64,000 bases of DNA, from assembly GCF_006345805.1 (NCBI RefSeq), contig NC_042999.1:61318001-61382000 (forward strand), given 5' to 3'. A model generated the notes under the pieces. It ran no database searches and was not told the origin of the DNA. It saw only the letters and a list, made by a program, of their open reading frames with translations. The translations under genes and the position numbers were made by a program. Below, in pieces: positions 39,966 to 52,260 of this stretch (its first letter is position 1; the number at the start of each line of letters is the position of its first letter). The stretch is from Octopus sinensis (Eukaryota).

Positions 39966-40267
39966 TACATTGTGTGAAATGTATTTAATTTCATTGTTTT
40001 CCTTTATTAACAATGTCAAAAGTTTGACAAACCCCAAACTGGAATAACTCTGACACGGCATTTTAGTCGATGACATCGATCATGATGCAAATTTATATCT
40101 GCTGCATATTTTAACATCAATATTAATGCACAGGAAAATTAAGTGCTATGGAACAAAAATAGGCCCTTTCTTATATCAGTACGAACGTAAACATATGTAT
40201 ATATGCCTCTCTCTTTCTATATATGTATATATATACACACACATATGCATGCGTGTATATATATATA

Positions 40268-40455
40268 TAGTTGGAATTTACACGAAAAATCAAAATACGA
40301 AGACAGGTGCATAAACGACAAACAGGTGTATTAGTTTAACGCCCGGGAAGGTGAGAAAATCTTTTACGTTTCAAGCCTACGCTCTTCAACAGAAGCGAAC
40401 ACGAGAAAATAAACAGAAAATAAAAAAAGCGTTAGGTGGCCGGTGGTCGTAAATA
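40268..40455 (-). mobile_element. Family D-b mini-element
   Basis: (TA)n flanks; motif at 40361-40396, minus strand: CTGTTGA A GAGC GTAG GCTT GAAACGTA AAAG. Confidence 0.6.
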
Positions 40456-40894
40456 TATATATATATATATAAGATACAGTGTACAATTAAACATATTAAG
40501 AAGTTTCCATCATAGGAATCATTTACGCTACAAAGAACAGCTAAAGTCCAAACCACAAATTAAGGATAAACTCTTGAAGGGAATGAAAAATAAAAACATT
40601 TACCATCTCATTCATGGAGTATGGTTTCTGACTTATTTTAGCAAATAAAGTAATTTACTAAGCGAAGTCTTCTTCAACAGGTACGCCAATATTAAACATA
40701 TAAACACAAGGCCAATCCAGCATGTGCCTCTTGCTTATACATTTTTATTTTTTCAAATCCAGCGCCCAAGCGGTTTTTTTTTTGTCGGCAGCAAAAAGAT
40801 GCCGGCAATTTCTTCGAACGAATCTTTCAGAAATCTTTATACATAATTAGTAATATCAGGGTAATAAAGATTTTAGAAATGTTTACTACCAGTG

Positions 40895-41410
40895 GACTTG
40901 ACTTGGCACGGTGGATGAAGACTGATCTCGATTACTAGGACCGCCTTTTAAACTCTACTCTCTCCAGCACCGCCGTGAGCGGTGTATCATTTGTACGACG
41001 TGGAGAATATACCGCCAGCACTGCCCAAACAACCTGAACATTAGTTTCAAAGTTCATCCAAGGCTGGTACCACGTCCATACGTCCCCTGCCCAATTCAGG
41101 ATCACAACATATAGGCACACTGCGACATAATTTCTCTTCCTCGACAGGCCCTGCCCTGTTTAACGTTGTCCCAAAACTGATTAAAGAGGAAAAGGATCCC
41201 ATCACCTTTAAACGGAGTCTGGACAGATTTCTTCAAGGATTACCAGATAAGCCACCGATATCTGAATACAACTCACTCAACAAGAACTCACTACTTGAAT
41301 AAACCATAAACAAAACTTGGCTTAAAAAGGATTTAGATAATCGTATCAGGTGGTACTATGAAGTTAGACATGGCCTGGACGAATTTTCAGCCGAAACATA
41401 ACTAACTTTT
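40895..41410 (+). mobile_element. CR1-clade LINE 3' fragment
   Basis: Colinear with 44750-45260 (LYSLQ.RRER...FKRSLDRFLQ). Confidence 0.85.
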
Positions 41411-41430
41411 ATCTAAGTTTGTATATATAT

Positions 41431-41622
41431 AGGGAGACTTCACGAAGAAAACAAAAGACGAAGACACCTGGTGTAGAAAACAAGAAGATATATTAGTATA
41501 ACGCTCGGGAATTGAAAAAAGTATTTTACGTTTCGAGCCTACGCTCTTCCACAGAAAGGAACACAGAAAGAAACAAGGAGAGAAAAAATGTGTGTAGTGG
41601 CTACCGATCTATCATGGCGACT
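41431..41622 (-). mobile_element. Family D-b mini-element
   Basis: (TA)n flanks; motif at 41523-41558, minus strand: CTTT CTGTGGA A GAGC GTAG GCTC GAAACGTA AAAT. Confidence 0.65.
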
Positions 41623-41623
41623 G

Positions 41624-41660
<37 letters not shown>

Positions 41661-42807
41661 GTTTTTTTATAATTTACTTCATCTTCCTCTATACCAACAC
41701 ATTCTACGAAGCTAATTCCTGTATAACTACAGCACACTTAATAACCATACACATAACCCCAACAACCAAACCCCTTCCCAAAAAGTCTACCAAATATTAT
41801 AGAAGCAAGAGATAAAAAAAAGAAATCACTGTCAGGTGAAGACAAGCAAGCCGAAATTTCGAAGCCATACTTAATTTTTTATCTGTAAATACACACACGC
41901 AAAGACATAAACACACAAACACACACGCACACACACACACACCACACACACACACACATACACACACAAACACACTCATGCATGCGTATGTGCGTGCGCG
42001 CGTGTGTGTCTTTATGTTTTTCTGTATGCCATATCAAACAATAAAAAATGCTGAGCTGAAGAAAATCTTAAATAGTGACTTCCATTATTATCGTTAATGA
42101 TATCTCTACATAAGAATACATTGTTAAAGATTAAAATCCAAAGATTAATATTTCTAAAATAATTGCTTCAGAAACACACTAACAACGTGCTGAAATTACG
42201 TATAACTACCTTTGCTTACCTTACCGTCGATTTTTTTCTCCTTCTATTGTAAATTCATCCATTAAGTTTTCGTCTTACTACAAACGTTCGTAGGGAGAGA
42301 AAACCTAAACATGCTAATCATTAACTTAGATCATTGTCTTGAATGGAGTTATAAGAATAGACAGTTGTTGCTACCTGACACTATTATGTTGCTATTAGTA
42401 TTTTCATATAGTAGAGCAACCATTAAGTATTGTCCTTATGACAAGCTTTTGCGAGGCCCAGAATCTCTGAATAGGCTACGTGTTTGAGTAAATTCCTAAG
42501 CCATGTTAAGTATATATGTGAATATACATGTGGGTGTATTTGTGTGTGTGAGTTTGTGCGTATTTTGAATACGTAAACACAAATTTAATGAGCAAAACAG
42601 ATATCCATGTACCTGCTCTTAAGCACTCGCTTTCAATAATGGCTCGCAGATTCAAATATCGAGCTATAAGCAGAAAACGAGCAACAGTAAATCACCAACC
42701 ACGATATATATCCACAGATGTAGTAAATATATTGGGATACGCATATCGTAATAAAATTGAATAGTAAAACAAGAAAACCAACTAGTCTCTTTCCATTATA
42801 TATATAT

Positions 42808-43206
42808 GAGTGGCTGTGTGGTAAGTAGCTTGCTTACCAACCACATGGTTCTGGGTTCAGTCCCACTGCGTGGCACCTTGGGCAAGTGTCTTCTACTATA
42901 GCCTCGGGCCGACCAAAGCTTTGTGAGTCGATTTGGTAGACAGAAACTGAAAGAAGCCTGTCGTGTATATGTATATATATATATGTGTGTGTGTTTGTGT
43001 GTCTGTGTTTGTCCTCCCAACATCGCTCGACAGCCGATGCTGGTGTGTTCATGCCCCCGTAATTAGCGGTTCGGCAAACAAGAGACCGATAAAATAAGTA
43101 CTAGGCTTACAACGAGTAAGTGCTGGGGTCGATTTGCTCGACTAAAAGCGGTGCTCCAGCATGGCCGTAATCAAATGACAGAAACAAGTAAAAGAGTAAA
43201 AGAGTA
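42808..43206 (+). mobile_element. SINE-A, full length, head site unoccupied
   Basis: GAGTGGCTGTGTGGTAAGTAGCTTGCTTACCAACCACATGG...GAAACAAGTAAAAGAGTAAAAGAG. Confidence 0.9.
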
Positions 43207-43898
43207 TAGATAGATAGATTCAGATAAATATGGTACTTAAGTTAAAGGCACCAGAATTTTGTATGGTATTATCCATATAAATCAAATGGGGTGGTTATAA
43301 TCAAAATAAGCAACAACGATATCCAAGGTAGAGTAGAACAATTGTTTCGTGCTACTTCATTTTATTAAACACCGTAAGTATTACATCAGTTTTAAAATGT
43401 CGATCAATCTTCAGCCACATATAGAATTTTGCAATTAAACGGACAATGTACATTCTTATCCCTATTTCATTTGCCAACGTTATAAAGTGGGTAGATATAT
43501 AGACAGAGAGGTTAGTTTCATTTTTAAGAACATGATATTAGTATGTTCATTCTCCGTCTGTAGTTTTATTGTCCGTAGCATGAAACAATTGTACTATTCT
43601 ACCTTGGATATCCTTGTTGCTTATTTTGATATATATATTTCGTTGTTGGATTTGGTTATACAGACGGATAGGTACAAAGGTTATAAGAACAGACAAGCAC
43701 ACATACGCAAAAGGAGACTGAAACATATGACCATATAAACAAACACTTTCTTCCACACAAGAACACGTGGAGACACGGGACCACACATACAGAGACGCAT
43801 ATCCATACATACAAACATGGTACGTAGTTGCAAAACACACACACACACTGATCCGCACACATGGTCACAAACAAACAAAAGGGAACGCAGTGTAAATA

Positions 43899-43967
<69 letters not shown>

Positions 43968-44371
43968 TATATACATATACATATGCACATAGAATTTCAC
44001 CATCATTCGCAATTCTGTTCACAGCACCGTGACTCTTGTTACAATTAAACGCGCGGTCTCAGTGCGTATATTATACATTAGCAACACACATTATATTGAG
44101 AAAAATTAGCATGAAGTAACGGAGAAAGTGCACTCTAACATAGATTGAGTGATAGGTCCAAAGTAAGTTCTCACGGTGCTAAGAAATGAATGTGATTAAT
44201 GAATTAATAATTGCCTAATTAATTAATTGATTAATTCATTAATTAATTGCTTAACTTAAAAGATAACAAGTCAGCTATAATTAATACGTGCGTTTTACTG
44301 GTAGAATGCCTATTCCGGCTGGAAACTTATATATATATATTATATATATATACGCACGCGCACACACACAC

Positions 44372-44432
<61 letters not shown>

Positions 44433-44433
44433 T

Positions 44434-44474
<41 letters not shown>

Positions 44475-44516
44475 CAGACAGATAGACGCACATATATATA
44501 TATATATATATATATA

Positions 44517-45260
44517 TGACGATCTCAGTTGGAGTGCACACATCAACAAGAAGGTCGATATAGCTCGTAGGATGAGTTTCTGGATCTTAAGAACTTTCCG
44601 GTCCAGAGAACAAGGTGTCACCATACCACTTTTCTCCTCCTTTGTACGGCCACACCTCGAATAATGCTGCCCACTGTGGTCTCCCCATACAAGACAAAAC
44701 ATCTCGAGGATTGAATCACCCCAGAGAGCACTCACTAAACGAATTGAAGGCACGGCTGCTCTCGATTATTGGGATCGCCCTAAAGCCTTGAAACTCTACT
44801 CTCTCCAGCGTCGCCGTGAGCGGTACATCATTTGTACGATGTGGAGAATATACCGCCAACTTTGCCCAAACGATCTGAACATTAGCTTCAAGATTCATCC
44901 AAGACTGGGACCACGGTTCATACGTCCCCTGCCCAATTCAAGATCACAGCATACATGTACACTACAACATAATTTCTCTTCCTCAACAGGCCCTGACCTA
45001 TTTAACATTGTCCCGAAAGAGATCAAAGAGGAACAGGATCCCATCAACTTTAAACGGAGTCTGGATAGTTTCCTTCAAGGAATACCAGATAAGCCACCCA
45101 TAATTGGATACAACTCACCCAACAAAAACTCACTACTTGAATGGACCATAAACAAAACTTGACTTAAACAGGATTCAAATCATCATATCAGGTGGTGCTA
45201 TTAAGTTAGACATGGCCTGGACCAATCATTGGTCGAAACATATCTAAGTTTATCTAAGTT
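44517..45260 (+). mobile_element. CR1-clade LINE 3' fragment with ATCTAAGTT tail repeats
   Basis: DDLSWSAHI..., VRPHLE*CCPLWSP, YSLQRRRERYIICTMW, FKRSLDSFLQGIPDKP. Confidence 0.9.
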
Positions 45261-45337
45261 GATATATATATAAGTTTCCAGCCAGAATAGGAATTCTACC
45301 AGTAAAACGCACATATTAATTATAGCTGACTTATTAT

Positions 45338-45407
<70 letters not shown>

Positions 45408-45444
45408 CAATGAGTCTGCTGTTACGTATGTATTTATAAGTATA

Positions 45445-45827
45445 TCAATGGTTATGTGGTAAGACGTTTGCTTTCCTCCCATATGATTCTGGGTTCAGTC
45501 CCGCTGCTTGGTACTTTGCGCAAGTGTTTCCCATTATCGCCATCACAGTAGATTTGGTGGACGGAAACTAAAAGAAGCCCGTCGTATATATATGAGAGTA
45601 TGTGTGTGTGTGTGCCTTTGTGTCTGTGTTTGTCACCATCACCGCTTGATAAACTATGTTGGTATGTTCAAGTCCCCGTAACGTTGCAGTTCGGCAAAAA
45701 TGATCGATAGAATAAGCACCATGCCTAACAAAAAATAGGTACTACTATCGATTATTTCGACTAAAATTTCTGAAGGCGATGTCTCATCAAGGCCGCAGTC
45801 TAATGACCGAAACAAGTAAAAGATGAA
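45445..45827 (+). mobile_element. SINE-A, diverged
   Basis: Head, GAAGCCCGTCG block and 3' half recognisable. Confidence 0.7.
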
Positions 45828-45849
45828 AGATGTGTCTATATAGGGCGGG

Positions 45850-46500
45850 CAAAGTTCCCGAGATCCATGGGCGAGTTCTATCAGTAGTCCTTATGCCTCA
45901 TCATCGGTGCCATATCCTGCGCCTCCCAGAGAACTTAGGGCATCAACATATGCCATCGTCAGTCTCTCTCTTCTGGTGTGTCCATGTAGGTGCTCTACGG
46001 GTGAGCATGTCTAGCTAACAACAGTCTTCTTTTGTGTTATTTTCGAGCTATCTTTTGAGAGGCACTCATACAGCTGTTAGTTCTTCATCCTTAGCATTGT
46101 CGTGTATCACCCTGGCCAGTGTCCAAGTCTTAGCTCGTGCAACAGCACAGACTACTGCTGCAACGAAGAGACGGTTTTCAGGTCTTTACAAAAATCCTAC
46201 TTCCATACAAATTGTGGCATGCCACCCAGGCTTTGCTCTTCCTCCCAACTATATTACCTTCTGTGTTCCAAATATTTGCTCCCAAATACAGGATGTCCTC
46301 AACCAACTCTACTAGCTTCCCAACTACATTCAAAATCTTCTATGGCTTCTTATTGTTCTCTACCAGATATTTCGTCTTAATTGCATTCAATTCCAGCCTC
46401 ACACTCATCGACACAGTCTCTGTCTCCTGCATCAACTCCTCTGCCTCCCTCACTGTGTTTGTCATCTTTCTGACGGATTTCATTATGGAGTGTCCTAGCC
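45850..46500 (-). mobile_element. RTE-clade LINE RT C-terminal fragment
   Basis: AEELMQ...LELNAIKTKYL...EDILYLGANI.NTEGNI..RKSKAWVACHNL; stops and frameshifts. Confidence 0.75.
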
Positions 46501-46560
46501 CCAGCATCATGTTTCATCGGTAGATAATGCCGTGATGATATTTTAGGACAACTGCTTATG

Positions 46561-46591
<31 letters not shown>

Positions 46592-46905
46592 TGTATGTAT
46601 GTATGTATGTATGTATGTATGTATGTATGTATGTATGTATGTATGTATGTATGTATGTATGTACGTACGTACGTACGTATGTATGTATGTATGTATGCAT
46701 GCATGTGAATGTGTGCGTCTGTGTATGTCTGTGATTGTTCCCCCACATGGCTTGACGACCGATGTTGGTGTATTTACGTCCCCGTAAGCTTGCGGTTCAG
46801 CACAGACGATCGATTGACTAAGTACCAGCCTTTAAAAAACATAAAAACTGGGCTCTATGCATTCGACATAAAGTGTCCTTGTGTCATAACTTGAAACTAT
46901 TATTA

Positions 46906-46947
<42 letters not shown>

Positions 46948-47486
46948 GATGAGAGAGAGCAATGCATGCCATCAAAGTGGTACTAGCGTAAAATATACGA
47001 AGCCCAGTATACCCATCATGACTACCCATCTGATGAGGGTACGCCAGGCACATGCATCACAAGCAAATGTGTGCGACATGGTGATCTCATATCAAGATAA
47101 ATAGCACATGACCTTGCAGGTGGGGCTCAGTTAGAATTTTCTTCTTGTCGCGTAGCCCATCCAGCTCAAAAGGTCCCTGAATAAAGATTGTTCAAGGATG
47201 TTGAACGAAACACCCATGTTTCCAGAGGTTAATTATTCAAACCCCAAATAATTCCTCTCAACACATGGCTATGATGCTCCCCACTACTTCTGCTCCTAGT
47301 CAGAGATGTACATATCGTCAGCCACTAAGGGACATGCTCAACTGGTTAGAGTCAAACAAGTGACAAGCAAATCTGTGGTATGGAGCAGAATATTTGCTGT
47401 AGCCCATCTTTTATACCAAGACAAAACAGTGTGCATGATAACACTTCCAATCAGTTGAGATCAGAAGCCATGAGAACCACTGTCTG

Positions 47487-47489
<3 letters not shown>
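46948..47489 (-). mobile_element. ~555-bp element flanked by (ATT)n on both sides
   Basis: Colinear with 60179-60734; no ORF, TIR or tRNA head seen. Confidence 0.85.
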
Positions 47490-47526
<37 letters not shown>

Positions 47527-49277
47527 CACCATCATCATCATCATCATCAACATCATTTATTTGAACCATGTACGAAGGGTTTATCTGGGTAGCGGGTTAC
47601 AAGAAAATAGGTTTTCATTTAAGTTTTTTATTGCAGAAACATTGAAATGTATTTACATCGTGTCTAAACAATTTAGGAAATGAAGAATGTAAATGCAAAA
47701 TAACTAATGGGAGACCTAATCCGAATGCTTGCAACGCAGTAGATTCCGCTAAAGGTACATCAAATTAGCATTGTTATCCTACAGTGAAACTTTAAACGTG
47801 ATATTTGGGAGAGGAAGTTCCTTTCTCCGAAGTCGACGGATTTCCTCAATGTTTCTATCTACAAAATTTGTTCATAAAAGATTTACTCATTACGATTGTA
47901 CGGTAGATGGCACTTGCCCCAGGATTAGAGCAAAGACGATAAAATCACATCTAGTCTGTTATTTAAAGCTCTCTTAATGACATGGCAATGGTTGTGCCCA
48001 TATATCTATTTTAATTCCTTCATGGAAGATACAATTTCGGGATTATATATGCCACGTAACAATTTTGATGAGGTTGTTTTACAACCAAGTGGCTTTTAGT
48101 GTTCTATTTAGATAGGGAAACGGTTGTTCACAGAGTCAGTTACGACGTTAAGGATCTGGTTCAAAATTTATGTCTCTCTATACTCGCCATTCTAGTAACA
48201 TATATAGAAATAAAAATTTATATAATGTAAATGTAAATTCTGCACAGAAAAGAAAATATCAGTTTGGGGCACGAGCTCTTCATAAAGATAAAAGGAAGAA
48301 AGGGAGAGAGAGAGAGAGAGAGAGAAAATTAAATAATAATAATAATAAATGAATATAAAAAATAAACAAACAGAAATGAAATATGTGTGTGCTGTTATAA
48401 AGTATTCATTGTAGCCGATATGTTATATTCCTACTGCAACTTCAAAGCTTTTTGAACATTACATAACATTTTAGATTTATCTATGATACACTAGACTAAC
48501 TGCTGTTAACTTCAATATGATGAATTACACACTTGTATGGCATACTAAATCTTCCGTCTGATGCTTTTTTTCTCTAAAATTGTATCTAAAAAGAAACTTG
48601 TGGAGGAAAAAAGTTTAAGAGAAGTTATTGATTAGAATTTCTTCTTGTAAATCTCATACTCTAGAGGAATAGAGAAGATCTCAGTACACTAACATGGCAT
48701 CAGATACTGAGGCTTATATAAAACCATGTTGTCTTTTCAGTTGTTTCTGCAAGTAATGCGGATACTGATACTATTACCTAGGGAGCGTTGTTGGAATCGT
48801 TGGGTATATATGTCGTAATTGATAGTCAGATGAATGCAGTGATGCCAAATTACCAACAACCAGGTGTATTAATTATAAAACCAGTGTTTCATAAACTAAG
48901 AAAGACCGTGAGCTGGGAAAATCGTTAGCACACGTAACAATTTCTACCCGCTCTTTATATTCTGTGTTCAATTCCCCCCGAGGTCATTTGATCCTTTTTT
49001 TACCCCCTCCGTGGTCGCTAAAATACAGTACCAGTCAAGTACTAGGAGTCGATGTAAACACTTCTAAACTGGTGGCCTTGTGCCAAATATTTATAACAAT
49101 TAACCTCTATTCTTCATTGAACGTAAATTTTATCTTCAAATGTTTAAGTAAAACAAAAATGTTGGCATGTTGAAACATTTTTTTTTCTTTCCGTTAATTC
49201 TTCCTATTCAAAATAGCATGCGTCTGGTATCTCATTGATAGAGCATATAATGTAGAGCATTACTCATTTCCAAAAGT

Positions 49278-49654
49278 CTCTCTTTTACTCTTTTACTCTC
49301 TTTACTTGTTTCAGTCATTTGACTGTGGCCATGCTGGAGCACCGCCTTTAGTCGAGCAAATTGACTCCAGGACTTAGTACTTATTCTATCGGTCTCTTTT
49401 GACAAACCGCTAAGTTACGGGAATGTAAGCACACCTCATGGTTCTCAAGCGATGTTGGAGGGACAAACACAGACACACAAACATATATACACATACACAT
49501 ATATGCATATATACGACGGGCTTCTTTCAGTTTCCGTCTACCAAATCCACTCACGAGGCTTTGGTCGGCCTGAGGCTATAGTAGAAGACACTTACCCAAG
49601 GTGCCACGCAGTGGGACTGAACCCGGAACCATGTGGTTGGTAAGCAAGCTACTT
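49278..49654 (-). mobile_element. SINE-A truncated in its head by the Tx1-like LINE
   Basis: Homology to SINE-A stops at GGTAAGCAAGCTACTT (49654). Confidence 0.88.
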
Positions 49655-50154
49655 TATTTCATAAAATTTGCCATGAAGGTATTACAAAGAGGGGACGAAC
49701 AAGGACAGACAAACATAAAAAGGTGTAGTAGTTGCTATAACGTTTTAAAATTTATGATGATAAATTTATGATACAATTTAAAAATTACAAATTACTATTT
49801 ACCAATCACAATTTACAAATTACTAATTACCAATTACATGACAACATGTTACTCATTGCGATTTGCAATGACTTCCTTGAAGGAAAGGCATCCGATCCCC
49901 AGGGTAGAACCCTTGCTTTCTCTTTCTTCTTTTTTTCCTTGGACTCCACTTACCTGGTGCCAATTGCTCCCAACTTCCTTGCCACAGGCTTCCATTTTTT
50001 TATGAATCTATCTCGTGACAGGTACCTCTTCTCCATCCTGATCTTACTACTGAGGTGGTAACTAAAATAGTTAACCAACCCCTGGCTGGATAATTAGGTC
50101 CCGTCACTATGCGTCTCACACGCGTTTTCCATACTGTTTCTTTCAGTATGGCTA

Positions 50155-50829
50155 CTACGCAGAAAAAGCAAACCTTCCTTTCGCTGTTAAGGGAGGGAGG
50201 CGGCACAATCTCGATGATAGACTCAGCTGAGAGCTATACCCTTCCCATCGATGACAACAGTTGTTCTGTGAAATTCCCGTTAATTCCGGACATTCCACAA
50301 ATGCCTGCATTTCCCTGTTCCGCCCGTACCTCGGACATGTCAGCGAGACGACACTTCCGAGCCTTGACAGTTTATCACAAAGAAGTAATGCAGCACGGAA
50401 GCACGGCCAAGCCAGGGATTTCTGGTAATTATTCAGGTACCCCGGCCCGAAAGTTCTCCGAACAGGTCGATCACAAGGTGCATAGATTCCGATCAACTTG
50501 AAGGCGTTGCCGCTGTATGTCACAAGAACGACTAGCCTACCTTCAGGGTCTACATAGACTGTACTTGTCCGCAGAGCCAAGTCTTTCCGGACCCGTACTA
50601 CTACACCCCCTCTCCTTCTGATCTGGCTAGGAGACATGATATTCTCATAGTCATTCAGGAGGGGCGAGAAGGCTTGTAGACTGTCCAGCTTGGTCTCTGT
50701 AGCAACCATCACATGCATATCGTGTGATCTGAGTTCGTCAACGAAACAAGCTTGCTTCCACTTCGAGCTCAGACCACGCACATTCAAACACCCAAGATTA
50801 AGTGTAGCCGAAACAAGGAAAAAATACAA
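50155..50829 (-). pseudogene. ORF2 remnant: APE endonuclease N-terminus fused to C-terminal Cys-rich region
   Basis: 224-aa ORF in the track; fusion near 50475, after IYAP. Confidence 0.8.
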
Positions 50830-50869
50830 GGGTTCTACTTACCTTTCACAGGTGATGTTGGAGATGACC

Positions 50870-52218
50870 TCACAACACATGAGGCAACACTTTCCTCCAC
50901 CTTCTTCAAATATCCTGGAAGGTCGGGATACTCCTGATGGTCTTTGGATGCCTGACCTTCAGTTACCTGTAGAGGCCTTCACCTATCCTGGCACATCTTT
51001 ATCTTAAGTCCTTGTGTTGTTCAAAGAGCATGGTGGTGTGGTGTTCTTTTACAATGTCCTCAACATATTTTTCTCTGGTGTCATATTTTACCAGAGTTTT
51101 CTGTTCCTTATCTCGTTTTTTCCTTTTTTTCCTTGTGGGACATGGGCCGGGTTCGTTTCTTTTACTTTTTTGTGGTGTGGTGCTCCCTTTTTCGTTTCCT
51201 TCTGTGGGGGATGTGGATGGGGAAAGTGCGTGTGTTCGTTTCCGAACTGCTGTGAACTCCCCCTCAACCACCTCCATGGTATCGTCCGGGGGAGTTACAT
51301 GTTCTGGTTCCACTTTAGAGGGGGTGGGTGTTTTTGACGTCATCGGACTTGTGTATGCATGGGCTGAGATTTTGGAGTGTCGTATTTGGGGGCGAACACC
51401 ACAGATAGGGGTGTGGGAATGTTTGTTTCTGTGTGGGCTAATGCGTGTGCGAGTTTGAGGTATTTTTTTGTAATTGACGAGCCTGCTGTCTGCGCCACTT
51501 TTCTTTTCCATTGTTCACAATCTACACGGGTGTGGCCTTTTTTGCCGCATTCGTAACAGGTTGGATTTTCGCCAGCTACTTTTATTCTGAGGGCGATATC
51601 CTCACCCAAGAGGACCATCTCTGGAAGCATTTCGATATCTTCCTGAGTTCCCTGAATAATGGCAGAAATGCTCTACCCGAGCCAGTTTTATGGGACAGAG
51701 CGTGTGATCTGAAGGAAGACGATTTTGTCCGTCCTGTTATACAACAGGGCGGTCATCACCTCCCTTACATCAACTTCAGGTGGCACTTTTGTCACTCTTA
51801 CTCGAACAGTTCCTCTCCCCATCCTTTATTTTCAGGGGATTCACTGAGTGCTCTTGGGCTTTTACTTCTGTTTCAAATCTGGCCTCTACTGCGCCATAAT
51901 TACGGCCCCTTGCTATATACTTTATGTCTTGCCATATGGGAGCCAGACAGTTTTCAATTTTGCACTCCTCAAAGTGCTTAAATTTCTTTGTTGAAGGACG
52001 GTATGTTTTGAAAACAACTGTCGTTCTTTATCAATTTTTCAACACTAGGTGAGGGTCATATTTTTATATCCCACTCCTCTTCTTTCATTCTTTCAAAAAG
52101 CTCGGAGAGCTTTTCCTTTGGTAGTTCGACGTTCTTCAGTAGCCACCGTGGTAACTGCTGAAAATTTCTTAACTGGCTCTTCCAGTGAATTTTTCTCTGA
52201 AATTATTTCAACCGACAT
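50870..52218 (-). pseudogene. ORF1 (gag-like, CCHC) remnant of the Tx1-like LINE
   Basis: Starts MSVEIISEK at 52218; CCHC knuckle in ORF 51340-51630; basic low-complexity tail; frameshifts and stops. Confidence 0.75.
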
Positions 52219-52260
52219 ATTCGTTCGAAATAAATTTACATACAATTTAATCCCAGAAAA

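Larger units (their letters stand above)
49655..52260 (-). mobile_element. Tx1-clade (L1-like) LINE, internally deleted (RT missing)
   Basis: ORF1 remnant with CYECGKKGHTRVDC zinc knuckle; ORF2 starts with APE motifs (CLNVRGL, TETKL, PEGRLV, IGIYAP) fused directly to the C-terminal TCPRYG..AFVEC region; 3' UTR ends GAAATA. Confidence 0.85.

Noticed and set aside
45200-45245. Hairpin followed by GAAAC at the CR1 3' end as a hammerhead
   Set aside because: No CUGANGA core; this is the usual CR1 3' stem-loop before the tail repeats.
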